A stretch of DNA of 64,000 nt from Candidatus Scatovivens sp. GTDB taxonomy: Bacteria > Bacillota > Clostridia > TANB77 > CAG-508. Below, one piece after another: positions 29,848-39,136 of this stretch. The position numbers were made by a program, and so were the translations under genes. The notes below the pieces were generated by a model that was not told the DNA's origin, did no database searches, and worked only from the letters and a program-made list of their open reading frames with translations. The stretch is from assembly GCA_045646345.1 (NCBI GenBank), contig JAZRKN010000015.1, positions 64,001 to 128,000 of the forward strand, in the 5' to 3' direction. Numbering within the stretch: position 1 is the stretch's first letter; each line of letters begins with the position of its first letter.

Positions 29848-29994
29848 TTAGTTAGCTTTCAAAATTTCTTTTGCTTCTGTAATTGTTGATTTTTTATCTG
29901 TTTCTATTTTTGTTAATAATTGTTTCATTTCTTCGGTTGACATATAATCTAAGTTATATATTCTTCCATCATATACGACTGTTCCTAATTTCAT
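29848..29994 (-). CDS. small hypothetical protein, 48 aa (below ORF-track cutoff)
   Basis: MKLGTVVYDGRIYNLDYMSTEEMKQLLTKIETDKKSTITEAKEILKAN. Strong RBS GGAGG, and the stop abuts the RBS of the next gene. Confidence 0.75.
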   Translation of the reverse strand: MKLGTVVYDGRIYNLDYMSTEEMKQLLTKIETDKKSTITEAKEILKAN

Positions 29995-30017
29995 AGGCGC
30001 CTCCAACTTACAATTTA

Positions 30018-30046
30018 TTTATACCTTCATTCTATTAAAAAGTCAA
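30018..30046 (-). promoter_or_regulatory. sigma-A-type promoter for the 48aa-295aa-54aa operon
   Basis: TTGACT-17 nt-TATAAA on the minus strand. Confidence 0.55.
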
Positions 30047-30053
30047 TACATTT

Positions 30054-31034
30054 TTAATATTCTATTGGTTTTGCTGCATGCCCATTTGTTTTTACTCTAT
30101 ACATTTGATATATCCTTGATTCACTTTCACTATCATCTAGATAATATAATTTGTCATCAACAATATTTATTTTTGTTCTTGAAGATTTTAAAGATACAAT
30201 TGCATTTGATTTTTTTCCTTTTAAATCACATCTACATATTTGTTTATTTACTTCATCCATATAATATACATATTTACTTGTTACATTATAAGTTTCGTTA
30301 TTTACAAAAGTAGCAACAACTTTCATTTTTGAACCATCTTTTTTTATTTTACACAATGCATTTTCTTGTGTATTGTAGAAATAAATCCAATTTTTTAACA
30401 CTTGTATTCTTCTAATATTGTATTCATTTGAAATTGTTTTAAAATCACTTCCATCAATTCCAACTGAATATAATGTTCCAGTATTATCTACAAAAAATAT
30501 TTCTTTTCCTGCTAAAACAAAATCTTGTACATTATATGTTACAATAAAATTCTCTTCATTTGTATCCAAAGAATATTTTACAATTCCCATTCCATCTTTA
30601 TTTGAAATATAATATATATAATTATCTTCTACATAAAACTTACTAGATGGTGTTGATAATGTTTTTATTTTCTTTGGTTGATCACCATTTGTTTTTACTG
30701 ATTTTAAATCTAACGTATTAGAGTTAGATAATGTTAAATAATAAACCGTATCATCTTCTAAATGAATTGAATATGCAGTTTCTTCTGTTATTTGATATTC
30801 TTCTCCACCTTTTATTTTTACAATACCTTCTTCATATTTGTTATAAAAAGTCAAATTACCTTCTGAAACAGCAAGCCCCATGTTTGCTAGATTACCAGCA
30901 ACCTCTTCTTTGGCAAAAATCAATTTAATTAAATTTACTAAACCAATTAATAATAATACGCATATAATAGCTAATACAATTAATACTATTACACGTCTTT
31001 TATTTAATTTTAACTTGCTTTTTTTTCTTTCCAT
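30054..31034 (-). CDS. DUF5050-type beta-propeller, membrane anchored
   Basis: N-terminal TM, GNLANMG start of domain, repeated ..DNYIYY.. / LCKIKKDGS blades. Confidence 0.75.
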   Translation of the reverse strand: MERKKSKLKLNKRRVIVLIVLAIICVLLLIGLVNLIKLIFAKEEVAGNLANMGLAVSEGNLTFYNKYEEGIVKIKGGEEYQITEETAYSIHLEDDTVYYLTLSNSNTLDLKSVKTNGDQPKKIKTLSTPSSKFYVEDNYIYYISNKDGMGIVKYSLDTNEENFIVTYNVQDFVLAGKEIFFVDNTGTLYSVGIDGSDFKTISNEYNIRRIQVLKNWIYFYNTQENALCKIKKDGSKMKVVATFVNNETYNVTSKYVYYMDEVNKQICRCDLKGKKSNAIVSLKSSRTKINIVDDKLYYLDDSESESRIYQMYRVKTNGHAAKPIEY

Positions 31035-31062
31035 ATTATTCTCCTCTTTAGAATTCTTCAGA

Positions 31063-33156
31063 TTATTCTACATCTGTTAATGTGAAATTTTGATCTATAT
31101 TAAATGTATATATATCAACAACAATTTTTGCATTTTCTTCAGTTACTGTTGAAGAAACTTCATACCCATCTATTGTCAAATTTTCAAGATTTTTAATTGT
31201 AAATTCTTGGTTGTTATCAATAGCTTCTTGCATCATATTTGATACTTTTGTTATTAAAGCATTTTTTGCTTCATCTTTCTTTACAGCAGATGATATATCT
31301 TCTAACGTTATTCCACCTGTATTCGTATTGATGAAATTCAAGCTTTCTTTTTTATCATTATATAAAGTTTCAAATTTATTTTTTAAATCATCTAATGTTG
31401 TTTTTAATTCTTCTTCTGATAATTGATCTAAATACAAACAGTTTTCTGGAACCAATTCTTCTATTTGTTCTACATCAGTAAATTTAATCGTATTATCTAA
31501 TATTACTTTTGTTTCACCTTTATTAGTTGAAACAGTTAAAACCATATCATTTTTTATTTCTTTTGAATTTGCTGTTCCAACTGTTTTTAAATCAACAATT
31601 ATCTTTTTATTAATTTTTTCATTTTCAATAACATTATATGTTGCTTTTATTGTAGTATTTGCATCATTTTGTATTTTATTAAAATCTAACGAATAACCAT
31701 TTCTTTGATTATTTACTTTTTGTAAATATGTTATTTTTATTCTGTTATCTTTTTCTGAGCTTGTTACAAATTCTATATCCCAAGAATCTTCATTAGGTAA
31801 ATTAATCGTAATTTTTTCTGTTTTTTCTTCACTTGCATATATATTTACAGTTATTCCTTTATCTGATGTTTGTCCATCTAACATTTGTTTATATTCTTCA
31901 AGTTTAATTTTAGCATCAATTAAATTTTGCAACTCTTTAACTGTTTTATCTATTTTCTTTCCGAACACAAGTCTAGATATCATTTCTGATACATTACTTA
32001 CATCTCTATTCAAACTCAATTCGTTTGTTTCTGAGTCTAAACCATCGAAATAAAATTCTTCTCTATTTGAATCTTGAGCAATTGTTCCAACAGGATTTAT
32101 TGTAACTACAGGTATTCTATTTGTTTCTTGTGATCCTTCTTCAGGTTCTGTTTGTATATCTTCTGGTGTTATACTTGGAGTTACTTGTGGTTCATTTTCA
32201 GTTTCTGATATTTCTGGTTCTTCAGTCTCTGGTTCTTCATTTTGTTCTTCTTGAACATTTTCCTCTGGTATAATTTCTGATTCTATAACAGGCAATTGAG
32301 TTTCAGGATTAGATTCTTCTGGTTCTTCTGATTCAATTTTACCTGCAAATTCTTTTAAAAATTCTTCATCATCTTTTAATGTATTTAAAAGATGTTTTAT
32401 TAAATTATTTGTCTCATCTTTATTTAATGTTACAGTATAAGCTGTAACATCTACTGATTCTTCTGCTTTTTGTATTACTATATTTTCTTGAACAGAAAAT
32501 TTTTCTTCTGGTATATTTTCCATTATTTTTGATAAATATTTTTCAAAATATTTATTTTTTTCTTCTTCATTTATATCAATATTATCAATATCTTTTAATT
32601 TTTTTAAATCATTATTATATGAAATATTTAATGTTTGTTTTAAATTTTCATAATTGCATCCAATATATTTATCTTGTATTTCATTTGAAAAAATTGCTAC
32701 AGCATTTTCATTTGATAATGCTTTTAATTTAAATACTTCATTTTCTGCGTATTTTAATTTTGCTTCACTAAAAGATTTTGAATTATCAACATCATTTTCA
32801 TTTAAAACCTCTAGAGTTATCTTACTTACATCAACATTTTTTAATTCTTCATTCTTTAAAGTCGTTGTAAAACTAACATTTGTTTCTGTTTCAAAATCTT
32901 TTGTTTCTATTTTATCAATAATATTTGTATAAATATCTTTTTGAAATAGCGCTTTAAAATTTGTTTTAGAAATATTAGTTATAAATAATTCTTTTGAAGA
33001 TATTTTATTCATATTTGTTAAATAATAATATGCGCCTATAAAAAGAGCAAGAACAATTATTAAAAGAAATATAACAACCTTAATTCCATTGTTCTTTTTC
33101 TTCTTTGTTTCATAGCCTCTTTCTATTAATATATCTTCAATTCCACCACTTTTCAT
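31063..33156 (-). CDS. hypothetical single-pass membrane protein (697 aa) with an acidic Glu/Pro-rich insert
   Basis: N-terminal basic patch plus TM, and an EEPE-rich low-complexity region near 32130-32340. Confidence 0.75.
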   Translation of the reverse strand: MKSGGIEDILIERGYETKKKKNNGIKVVIFLLIIVLALFIGAYYYLTNMNKISSKELFITNISKTNFKALFQKDIYTNIIDKIETKDFETETNVSFTTTLKNEELKNVDVSKITLEVLNENDVDNSKSFSEAKLKYAENEVFKLKALSNENAVAIFSNEIQDKYIGCNYENLKQTLNISYNNDLKKLKDIDNIDINEEEKNKYFEKYLSKIMENIPEEKFSVQENIVIQKAEESVDVTAYTVTLNKDETNNLIKHLLNTLKDDEEFLKEFAGKIESEEPEESNPETQLPVIESEIIPEENVQEEQNEEPETEEPEISETENEPQVTPSITPEDIQTEPEEGSQETNRIPVVTINPVGTIAQDSNREEFYFDGLDSETNELSLNRDVSNVSEMISRLVFGKKIDKTVKELQNLIDAKIKLEEYKQMLDGQTSDKGITVNIYASEEKTEKITINLPNEDSWDIEFVTSSEKDNRIKITYLQKVNNQRNGYSLDFNKIQNDANTTIKATYNVIENEKINKKIIVDLKTVGTANSKEIKNDMVLTVSTNKGETKVILDNTIKFTDVEQIEELVPENCLYLDQLSEEELKTTLDDLKNKFETLYNDKKESLNFINTNTGGITLEDISSAVKKDEAKNALITKVSNMMQEAIDNNQEFTIKNLENLTIDGYEVSSTVTEENAKIVVDIYTFNIDQNFTLTDVE

Positions 33157-33261
33157 AACACTTCTCCTTATTTATGTTATTATATATATAAATCAAAAAA
33201 ATAACAATATAAATTTCGATTTTTAACGGGTGTTTTTTACAAAAAATACATATTTTTTACA

Positions 33262-33292
33262 ACAAAAAAAGCGTTACATGATAACGCTTTTT
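33262..33292 (-). terminator. intrinsic terminator after spoVG
   Basis: aaaagcgtta-catga-taacgctttt hairpin plus T-run on the minus strand. Confidence 0.7.
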
Positions 33293-33306
33293 CAAACTAT
33301 TTAAAA

Positions 33307-33585
33307 TTATTCTGCTGATTCAGCTGTTTCAGCTTCTGGAGCTTCATAAGCTTCTAAAATAGCTTTTTGAATTTTTTCTCTAGTTTCAGCATTAATTGGA
33401 TGAGCTATATCTTTGAATTCTCCGTTTGGAGTTTTTTTGCTTGGCATAGCTATGAATAATCCATTTTGACTTTCAATAACTTTGATATCGTGAATTACGA
33501 ATTCACCATCGAATGTTACAGAAGCAACTGCTTTCATTCTGTTTTCTAAATTTACTTTTCTTAAACGTACATCTGTTATTTGCAT
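33307..33585 (-). CDS. spoVG: septation regulator SpoVG
   Basis: [11 protein letters not shown]...[31 protein letters not shown]...[15 protein letters not shown]. Confidence 0.97.
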   Translation of the reverse strand: MQITDVRLRKVNLENRMKAVASVTFDGEFVIHDIKVIESQNGLFIAMPSKKTPNGEFKDIAHPINAETREKIQKAILEAYEAPEAETAESAE

Positions 33586-33651
33586 TTTTTAAGCACCTCT
33601 TTCTTATCGTTTTAATACATATAAATAAATCTATGTATCACTACTTCTATT

Positions 33652-33678
33652 ATTCTACAAAAAAACTTTTTTTCCTTC
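33652..33678 (-). promoter_or_regulatory. sigma-H-type promoter of spoVG
   Basis: GAAGGA-17 nt-GAAT with an upstream A-rich tract, the same geometry as the B. subtilis spoVG sigma-H promoter. Confidence 0.7.
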
Positions 33679-33851
33679 TTTTTTTCTATATTTTTTTTGT
33701 ATTTTTTTATTATTTTTAATATACATTCATAACTCTAAAAATATTTTTTTGTATCGAATTTTGCCAAGTTCTGTAGTCCGTTTTTTAATCAATTTACTTG
33801 AAATTATATGTTTATAATAGTATAATGACTTTAATATTTTAGGAGGATTAT

Positions 33852-35240
33852 ATGGATTTAGAAATAACAGATTTAAAACAATATAAACATATTCATCTTA
33901 TCGGAATTGGTGGAATTAGTATGAGTGCTATTGCAGAAAGATTAAAAGCATGGAACTATACTGTTACTGGTTCTGATTTAAATCAAAGCAAAATCACCGA
34001 CAATTTAAATGCACATGGAATTAAAACAACAATAGGTCATGATTTAGAAAACTCTAAAAAAGCTGATCTTATTGTTTATTCTGCTGCAATAAATGAACAA
34101 GATCCTGAAATGATTATTGCAAAAGAAAATAACATTCCACTTGTTGGTAGAGGTGAATTTGTAGGATATTTAACCAAACTTTATAAAGAAACAATCTGTA
34201 TTTCAGGAACTCATGGAAAAACAACAACAACATCTATGATTTCAATTTGTTTCGTAAATGCCGAAAAAGATCCTACAATCGAAGTTGGTGCTTTATTAAA
34301 AAACATTGGTGGAAATTATAGAGTTGGAAATAGCGATTATTTTATTTTAGAATCATGTGAATATAAAGGAAATTTCTTAAAATTCTTCCCTAAAACAGAA
34401 GTAATTCTAAATATAGATAATGACCATTTAGATTATTATAAAACATTTGATAATATAGTAAAAACATTTAAGGACTTCTCTCTTCTTTTAGATTCTGATG
34501 GTCTTTTAGTTACAAATGCTGATGATGAAAATTGTTATAATTTAAAAAATATTGTAAAATCAAAATTCATTTCTTATGGAATTGAAAATGAAAATGCAGA
34601 TTTTCTTGCAAAAAATATTTCTTATGATGATAATGGTTTTGCTATATTTGATATTTATAAATCAGGCAATTATTTTACAACAATTGAACTTTCTGTAGCT
34701 GGAAAACACAATATTTTAAATGCATTAGCATGTACTGCCGTTTGTGATTTCTATGGTATTGAAAAAGATATTATAAAAACATCTTTAAAAGAATTTACAG
34801 GAGCTGAACGTAGACTTGAATTTAAAGGAAAATTAAACAACACTATTTCTATTTTTGATGACTATGCTCATCATCCAACAGAAATAACAGCAACAGCAAA
34901 TGCAATAAAAAACAAAAAATTTAATGAATCTTGGGTTATATTCCAACCACATACATTTAGCAGAACAAAATTATTATTAGATGATTTTGCAGAATCTGTT
35001 TCAAAATTTGATAATATAATAATTTTAGATATCTATGCTGCTAGAGAAACAAATACTTATAATATAACATCAGAAGATCTAGTTCAAAAAATAAATGATT
35101 TAGGAAAAAAAGCAATTCATATATCTAATTTTGAAGATGTTATAAAACACATAAAATCTAATGTACAAGATAAAGATATTATAATAACATTAGGAGCTGG
35201 AACGGTTACAAAATTAGGTCCAATGCTTCTAGAAAATTAA
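33852..35240 (+). CDS. murC: UDP-N-acetylmuramate--L-alanine ligase
   Basis: IHLIGIGGISMSAIA, SGTHGKTTTTSM, ESCEY, NIDNDHLDY, DDYAHHPTEI, FQPHTFSRT, LGAG. Confidence 0.97.
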   Translation: MDLEITDLKQYKHIHLIGIGGISMSAIAERLKAWNYTVTGSDLNQSKITDNLNAHGIKTTIGHDLENSKKADLIVYSAAINEQDPEMIIAKENNIPLVGRGEFVGYLTKLYKETICISGTHGKTTTTSMISICFVNAEKDPTIEVGALLKNIGGNYRVGNSDYFILESCEYKGNFLKFFPKTEVILNIDNDHLDYYKTFDNIVKTFKDFSLLLDSDGLLVTNADDENCYNLKNIVKSKFISYGIENENADFLAKNISYDDNGFAIFDIYKSGNYFTTIELSVAGKHNILNALACTAVCDFYGIEKDIIKTSLKEFTGAERRLEFKGKLNNTISIFDDYAHHPTEITATANAIKNKKFNESWVIFQPHTFSRTKLLLDDFAESVSKFDNIIILDIYAARETNTYNITSEDLVQKINDLGKKAIHISNFEDVIKHIKSNVQDKDIIITLGAGTVTKLGPMLLEN

Positions 35241-35263
35241 TTAAAAACACCAATAATTTAGTC

Positions 35264-35297
35264 AAAAAAAGAAACGATTTGAATCGTTTCTTTTTTA
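35264..35297. terminator. bidirectional intrinsic terminator
   Basis: aaaaaagaaacgatt-tg-aatcgtttctttttt between convergent genes. Confidence 0.75.
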
Positions 35298-35304
35298 TTT
35301 GCTA

Positions 35305-36765
35305 TTATTTTACTTTCTCATATAATGAAAATATATCATCTTGATATACTTTTTTCCAATTTGGGTCATCGGAAATGTATACATTTATAGTCTCTGAATT
35401 ATAAAGTAATGCGTGAGTTATGTCATATTCATCAAATATTACTTTATAATGAATACTTCCAGATGTTACTGAAATCCAATCATCTAAAATTGTAACACCA
35501 GGATTAAATTCTTCTGTAAAAATTCCTGACCTTGAATCTATAAATGGTTTTATTCCTTTTAATTCTAGATAACTTCCAAAATTAAAATGATTAAAAATTC
35601 TCATATTTTCTGTATCTACATTATTCAATATATAATTTGTTGCATTAACAGGATATATTAATGTATCAATATAATCATCAATTAAATTAGAATATAATTC
35701 ATTTAATGATAATAATATGACTATAACATATAGCATAATTATAAATATAATTTTTATTTTATCATTTATATACTTGCATTCAATTTTATTCTCAACAACA
35801 AATTCATTACAAAATCTAGTTATACATATAGTTGAAATAAAATAAAAGAAAAATACACATCTATATGTATTAAGCGACATTAGTGCAAATCCAAAAATAA
35901 ATAATCCATCAACAATTTTTATCTTTGTTTTTGTAAACATCATTATAAACATTGATAAGAATATTAAAGCCCAAAAATACAATTCACTTGTTATATTTAT
36001 TGGCTCCAATTCAGAAATAATTTCTGCTGATATTCCTCCCATTGCTTTAAACATATCAGTATATGGAGATACACCTTTAGGTGTACAAAAACTAAATATA
36101 ATACCAATTATCAAAGCTATAACTAATTTTTTTATATTTCTATCCTCAATTGTTACATCATCACTTAAATTTATTTTTAATTTTGCTAAAATAAATTCCG
36201 CTATATATGGCATAAAAAACACAAAATACATTGGAAATACAGAAGCATGCATATTTACTAGGACTATTGGCATTATTGCAAGAATACACAAATATCTATT
36301 TTTATTTGTTTCTAGTAATTTTTCAATTGTCCAAAATTCTATTAAAAATAATAAAAATGAAACTATTTGTGATCTAGCAGTAATAACATTTCTAGAAATA
36401 TGCATTATAAATAATGTTATTAAAAATGATATTAATTTATTTTTTGTTATTTTATTTATTATGAAATAATATAAAACAGCTTGCAAAGATGCAATAATAA
36501 TTACAAATATGTATATACCTACATATCCAAAATTATTATTTATTGTAGCTATTATTATATCAAATAACCATCTTGAATTTGTATATTCCAAATCTTCATG
36601 CCAAACATATTGTTCTTCATTCTCAACTCCATGTTCCAAAACCCTATTACCTATTGGAATTGTAAAAAAAGTATCATTTTGCATTGCTTTTGGGGTTATT
36701 GACGCAATAAATAATATAATTAATAAAACTTGTATTACATGTATTATTATATTTTTTCTTTTCAT
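35305..36765 (-). CDS. polytopic membrane protein, probable GT-C-fold glycosyltransferase
   Basis: Many TMs, acidic residue after TM1 (QNDTFF), WLF, AR.Q, VNMH, ISE..P, YP..A, FN.FNFG.YL, FIDSR. Confidence 0.55.
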   Translation of the reverse strand: MKRKNIIIHVIQVLLIILFIASITPKAMQNDTFFTIPIGNRVLEHGVENEEQYVWHEDLEYTNSRWLFDIIIATINNNFGYVGIYIFVIIIASLQAVLYYFIINKITKNKLISFLITLFIMHISRNVITARSQIVSFLLFLIEFWTIEKLLETNKNRYLCILAIMPIVLVNMHASVFPMYFVFFMPYIAEFILAKLKINLSDDVTIEDRNIKKLVIALIIGIIFSFCTPKGVSPYTDMFKAMGGISAEIISELEPINITSELYFWALIFLSMFIMMFTKTKIKIVDGLFIFGFALMSLNTYRCVFFFYFISTICITRFCNEFVVENKIECKYINDKIKIIFIIMLYVIVILLSLNELYSNLIDDYIDTLIYPVNATNYILNNVDTENMRIFNHFNFGSYLELKGIKPFIDSRSGIFTEEFNPGVTILDDWISVTSGSIHYKVIFDEYDITHALLYNSETINVYISDDPNWKKVYQDDIFSLYEKVK

Positions 36766-36799
36766 TGTAGTATTTATTAGAAATTAATCTAATTCCTTT

Positions 36800-37840
36800 C
36801 TATTTATATAATATAGTTCTGAAGGCTAATTTAGTTGTATTGGTAAAAAAGTTTTCATTCTCTTTTATTGAAAATCTATCAAAATTATTTATATTATATC
36901 CATAATCTACTGGTAAATCTTCTAATGATTCGAATGAGGCACCTCTTATTATTACATTTGAATATGTTGTTTCAGAAGTAATTTCCATTACATTATCCAT
37001 AATATCATATATGTTCTTATGTGACATTCTTCCAGAAATAACCTTTTTATCAAAATTTATCATATCAACTTTAATATCATTATTTTTTAAAATCCAACTT
37101 AAAGTTGTATCAAATGCATATCCATTCATTAATTCACAATTTATATTATCATACATTGATTTTACTATATTATTTGCTTCATCTCTTGTAACATCTGTCC
37201 ACACTTCTGTATCTTTTTTTGATACTGGCTTCTCATTTTCTTTTCCTATTTCAAATCTAGAGATATAAAATCCACCGTTTTCTAAAGCGCTTTGAATAAA
37301 ATCTTCGTATTCATCATTATTGCAAAGATCTTTGCTGATAAATGCTTGTTCTGATAAGTTCTTTCTTTCTAGTTTTGGAACATCTCTATTATCTAAATTT
37401 GTACAAGGAACCCATACATATTGATTTTGATTCTCATCTTGAATTACAAAACCAGAATTCCAATCTCCTTCAAAAAAAGAAAAACCTTCCGGAATATATG
37501 GTTCATCAAACCTTTCATTTTCATAATTTAAATTAATTTTTTCATTATAATATTTGCTTTCTTTGGCAATTAATTCATCATATTTTTCATACATCAAATC
37601 ATTTGCTTTTGATGTTTTATACCATTCAAAGTTTTTAGTTAATAATTTTATTTGACTATTAACAAAATAAACAAAGTAAATACAAATTACAATTAAGATT
37701 ATATAAAAAATATATTTTATAATTTTCTTTTCTTTATATTTTTCTATTAATTTAACAATTTCTTTTATGTTTTTTATTGCGTATATAAAAATTAAAATTC
37801 CAACTATTGCAATCCCTATTTTTATTATTTGATTATCCAT
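36800..37840 (-). CDS. membrane protein with an FGE-sulfatase/SUMF1-like (C-type-lectin-like) extracellular domain
   Basis: Two N-terminal TMs, PYIPEGF...G.VI.D...NQYVWVP, GGFYISRFE, NIYDIMDNVMEIT, RG, FR..LY. Confidence 0.6.
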   Translation of the reverse strand: MDNQIIKIGIAIVGILIFIYAIKNIKEIVKLIEKYKEKKIIKYIFYIILIVICIYFVYFVNSQIKLLTKNFEWYKTSKANDLMYEKYDELIAKESKYYNEKINLNYENERFDEPYIPEGFSFFEGDWNSGFVIQDENQNQYVWVPCTNLDNRDVPKLERKNLSEQAFISKDLCNNDEYEDFIQSALENGGFYISRFEIGKENEKPVSKKDTEVWTDVTRDEANNIVKSMYDNINCELMNGYAFDTTLSWILKNNDIKVDMINFDKKVISGRMSHKNIYDIMDNVMEITSETTYSNVIIRGASFESLEDLPVDYGYNINNFDRFSIKENENFFTNTTKLAFRTILYK

Positions 37841-37909
37841 ATTTACCTCTTACATTTGTTTATTTAAGCTATTTTCACGATTTAGATAATTATATAAATA
37901 TATATTTTT

Positions 37910-39112
37910 TTAGTCAATAGATTTGTTTAATTCTTTAATCATCAAATCCGCAAAAATAGCATAACCAACGCTTGGATCAGATACTAATACATTAGTTATC
38001 GCTCCTATGAATTTTCCATTTTGAATAATTGGTGCTCCCGATAACCCTCGTATAATTCCACCAGTTTCATTTAATAGATTCTCATCAGTAATTTTTATTA
38101 ACATACTTTTATTATTAAAATCATTATCTTTATATATTTTTTCTATTTTAACATCATATTCTTTAGCAATATTATTATCTTTAAATGCACATAAAACACT
38201 TGCCTTTCCCACTTCTATCTCATTTCTCAAAGCAATTTCCATTGTTTTAGAAGTATCTATATTTAATGCCGTTATATTATTTAATATTCCATATACACCA
38301 AAAGGTGTATTTTTTCTAATATCACCAATTGTTTGACTATTTATTATAGTTCCTTTTATTTCACCTGGAAATCCACATTCTGCTTTTTTTAGAGATAATA
38401 TCTTAGCAGTAACTAATTCTCCAGAATCAATATTTATTAAATTATTGGTATCAGTATCTGTAATTCCATGTCCTAATATTCCATATTCTTTTGTTTGAGG
38501 TATATAAAAACTCATTGTCCCAACACCAGTTGCAGCATCTTTTACCCATAAACCAATTTTATATTGATTATCTTCAATTTGAATTGGCTTTATATCTGTA
38601 TTTATTATTGAGCCATTTCTAAAAATTGTAAGATTTAATTTTTTTCCATTAGACTCATTTACTATTCTTTTTAAACTTTCTATATTTTCGACAATCTCTT
38701 CATTTATCTTTAATATGGTATCTCCTGACTTTATATCAGAATCTTCATAAGATTTACTAAAAACGTTATTACAATCTTCTATTTCAGACATTCCTACAAC
38801 TAAAACACCGTTTGTATACATTTTTAAACCAATTATTTTTCCTACCGGAACAACTTTGGTTGCTTTCATTTTAGTTACATATATATTTTTTAAATTTACT
38901 TTACCTAGTAATTTTATTTCTAATTTACTAGAATTTATATTCTCATTCGATGCTTCTAGCACTTCTATAACATCAATTCCAAACATTTCTTTTATTTTTG
39001 GTATTTCACCTTCTAATAAAACTAAATTATCTGGCAATAACGTTATAAATGATACATAAATATATACAATTAACAATAAAAAAAAGGTTAATATAAATTT
39101 TATTTTTTTCAT
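37910..39112 (-). CDS. spoIVB: SpoIVB peptidase (S55)
   Basis: VVPVGKIIGLKMYTNGVLVVG, PDZ, IGLWVKD..TGVGTM, LGHGITD, TGGIIRGLSGAPIIQNGK.IGA. Confidence 0.93.
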   Translation of the reverse strand: MKKIKFILTFFLLLIVYIYVSFITLLPDNLVLLEGEIPKIKEMFGIDVIEVLEASNENINSSKLEIKLLGKVNLKNIYVTKMKATKVVPVGKIIGLKMYTNGVLVVGMSEIEDCNNVFSKSYEDSDIKSGDTILKINEEIVENIESLKRIVNESNGKKLNLTIFRNGSIINTDIKPIQIEDNQYKIGLWVKDAATGVGTMSFYIPQTKEYGILGHGITDTDTNNLINIDSGELVTAKILSLKKAECGFPGEIKGTIINSQTIGDIRKNTPFGVYGILNNITALNIDTSKTMEIALRNEIEVGKASVLCAFKDNNIAKEYDVKIEKIYKDNDFNNKSMLIKITDENLLNETGGIIRGLSGAPIIQNGKFIGAITNVLVSDPSVGYAIFADLMIKELNKSID

Positions 39113-39136
39113 AAAATTATATTAACCATTTTTATT

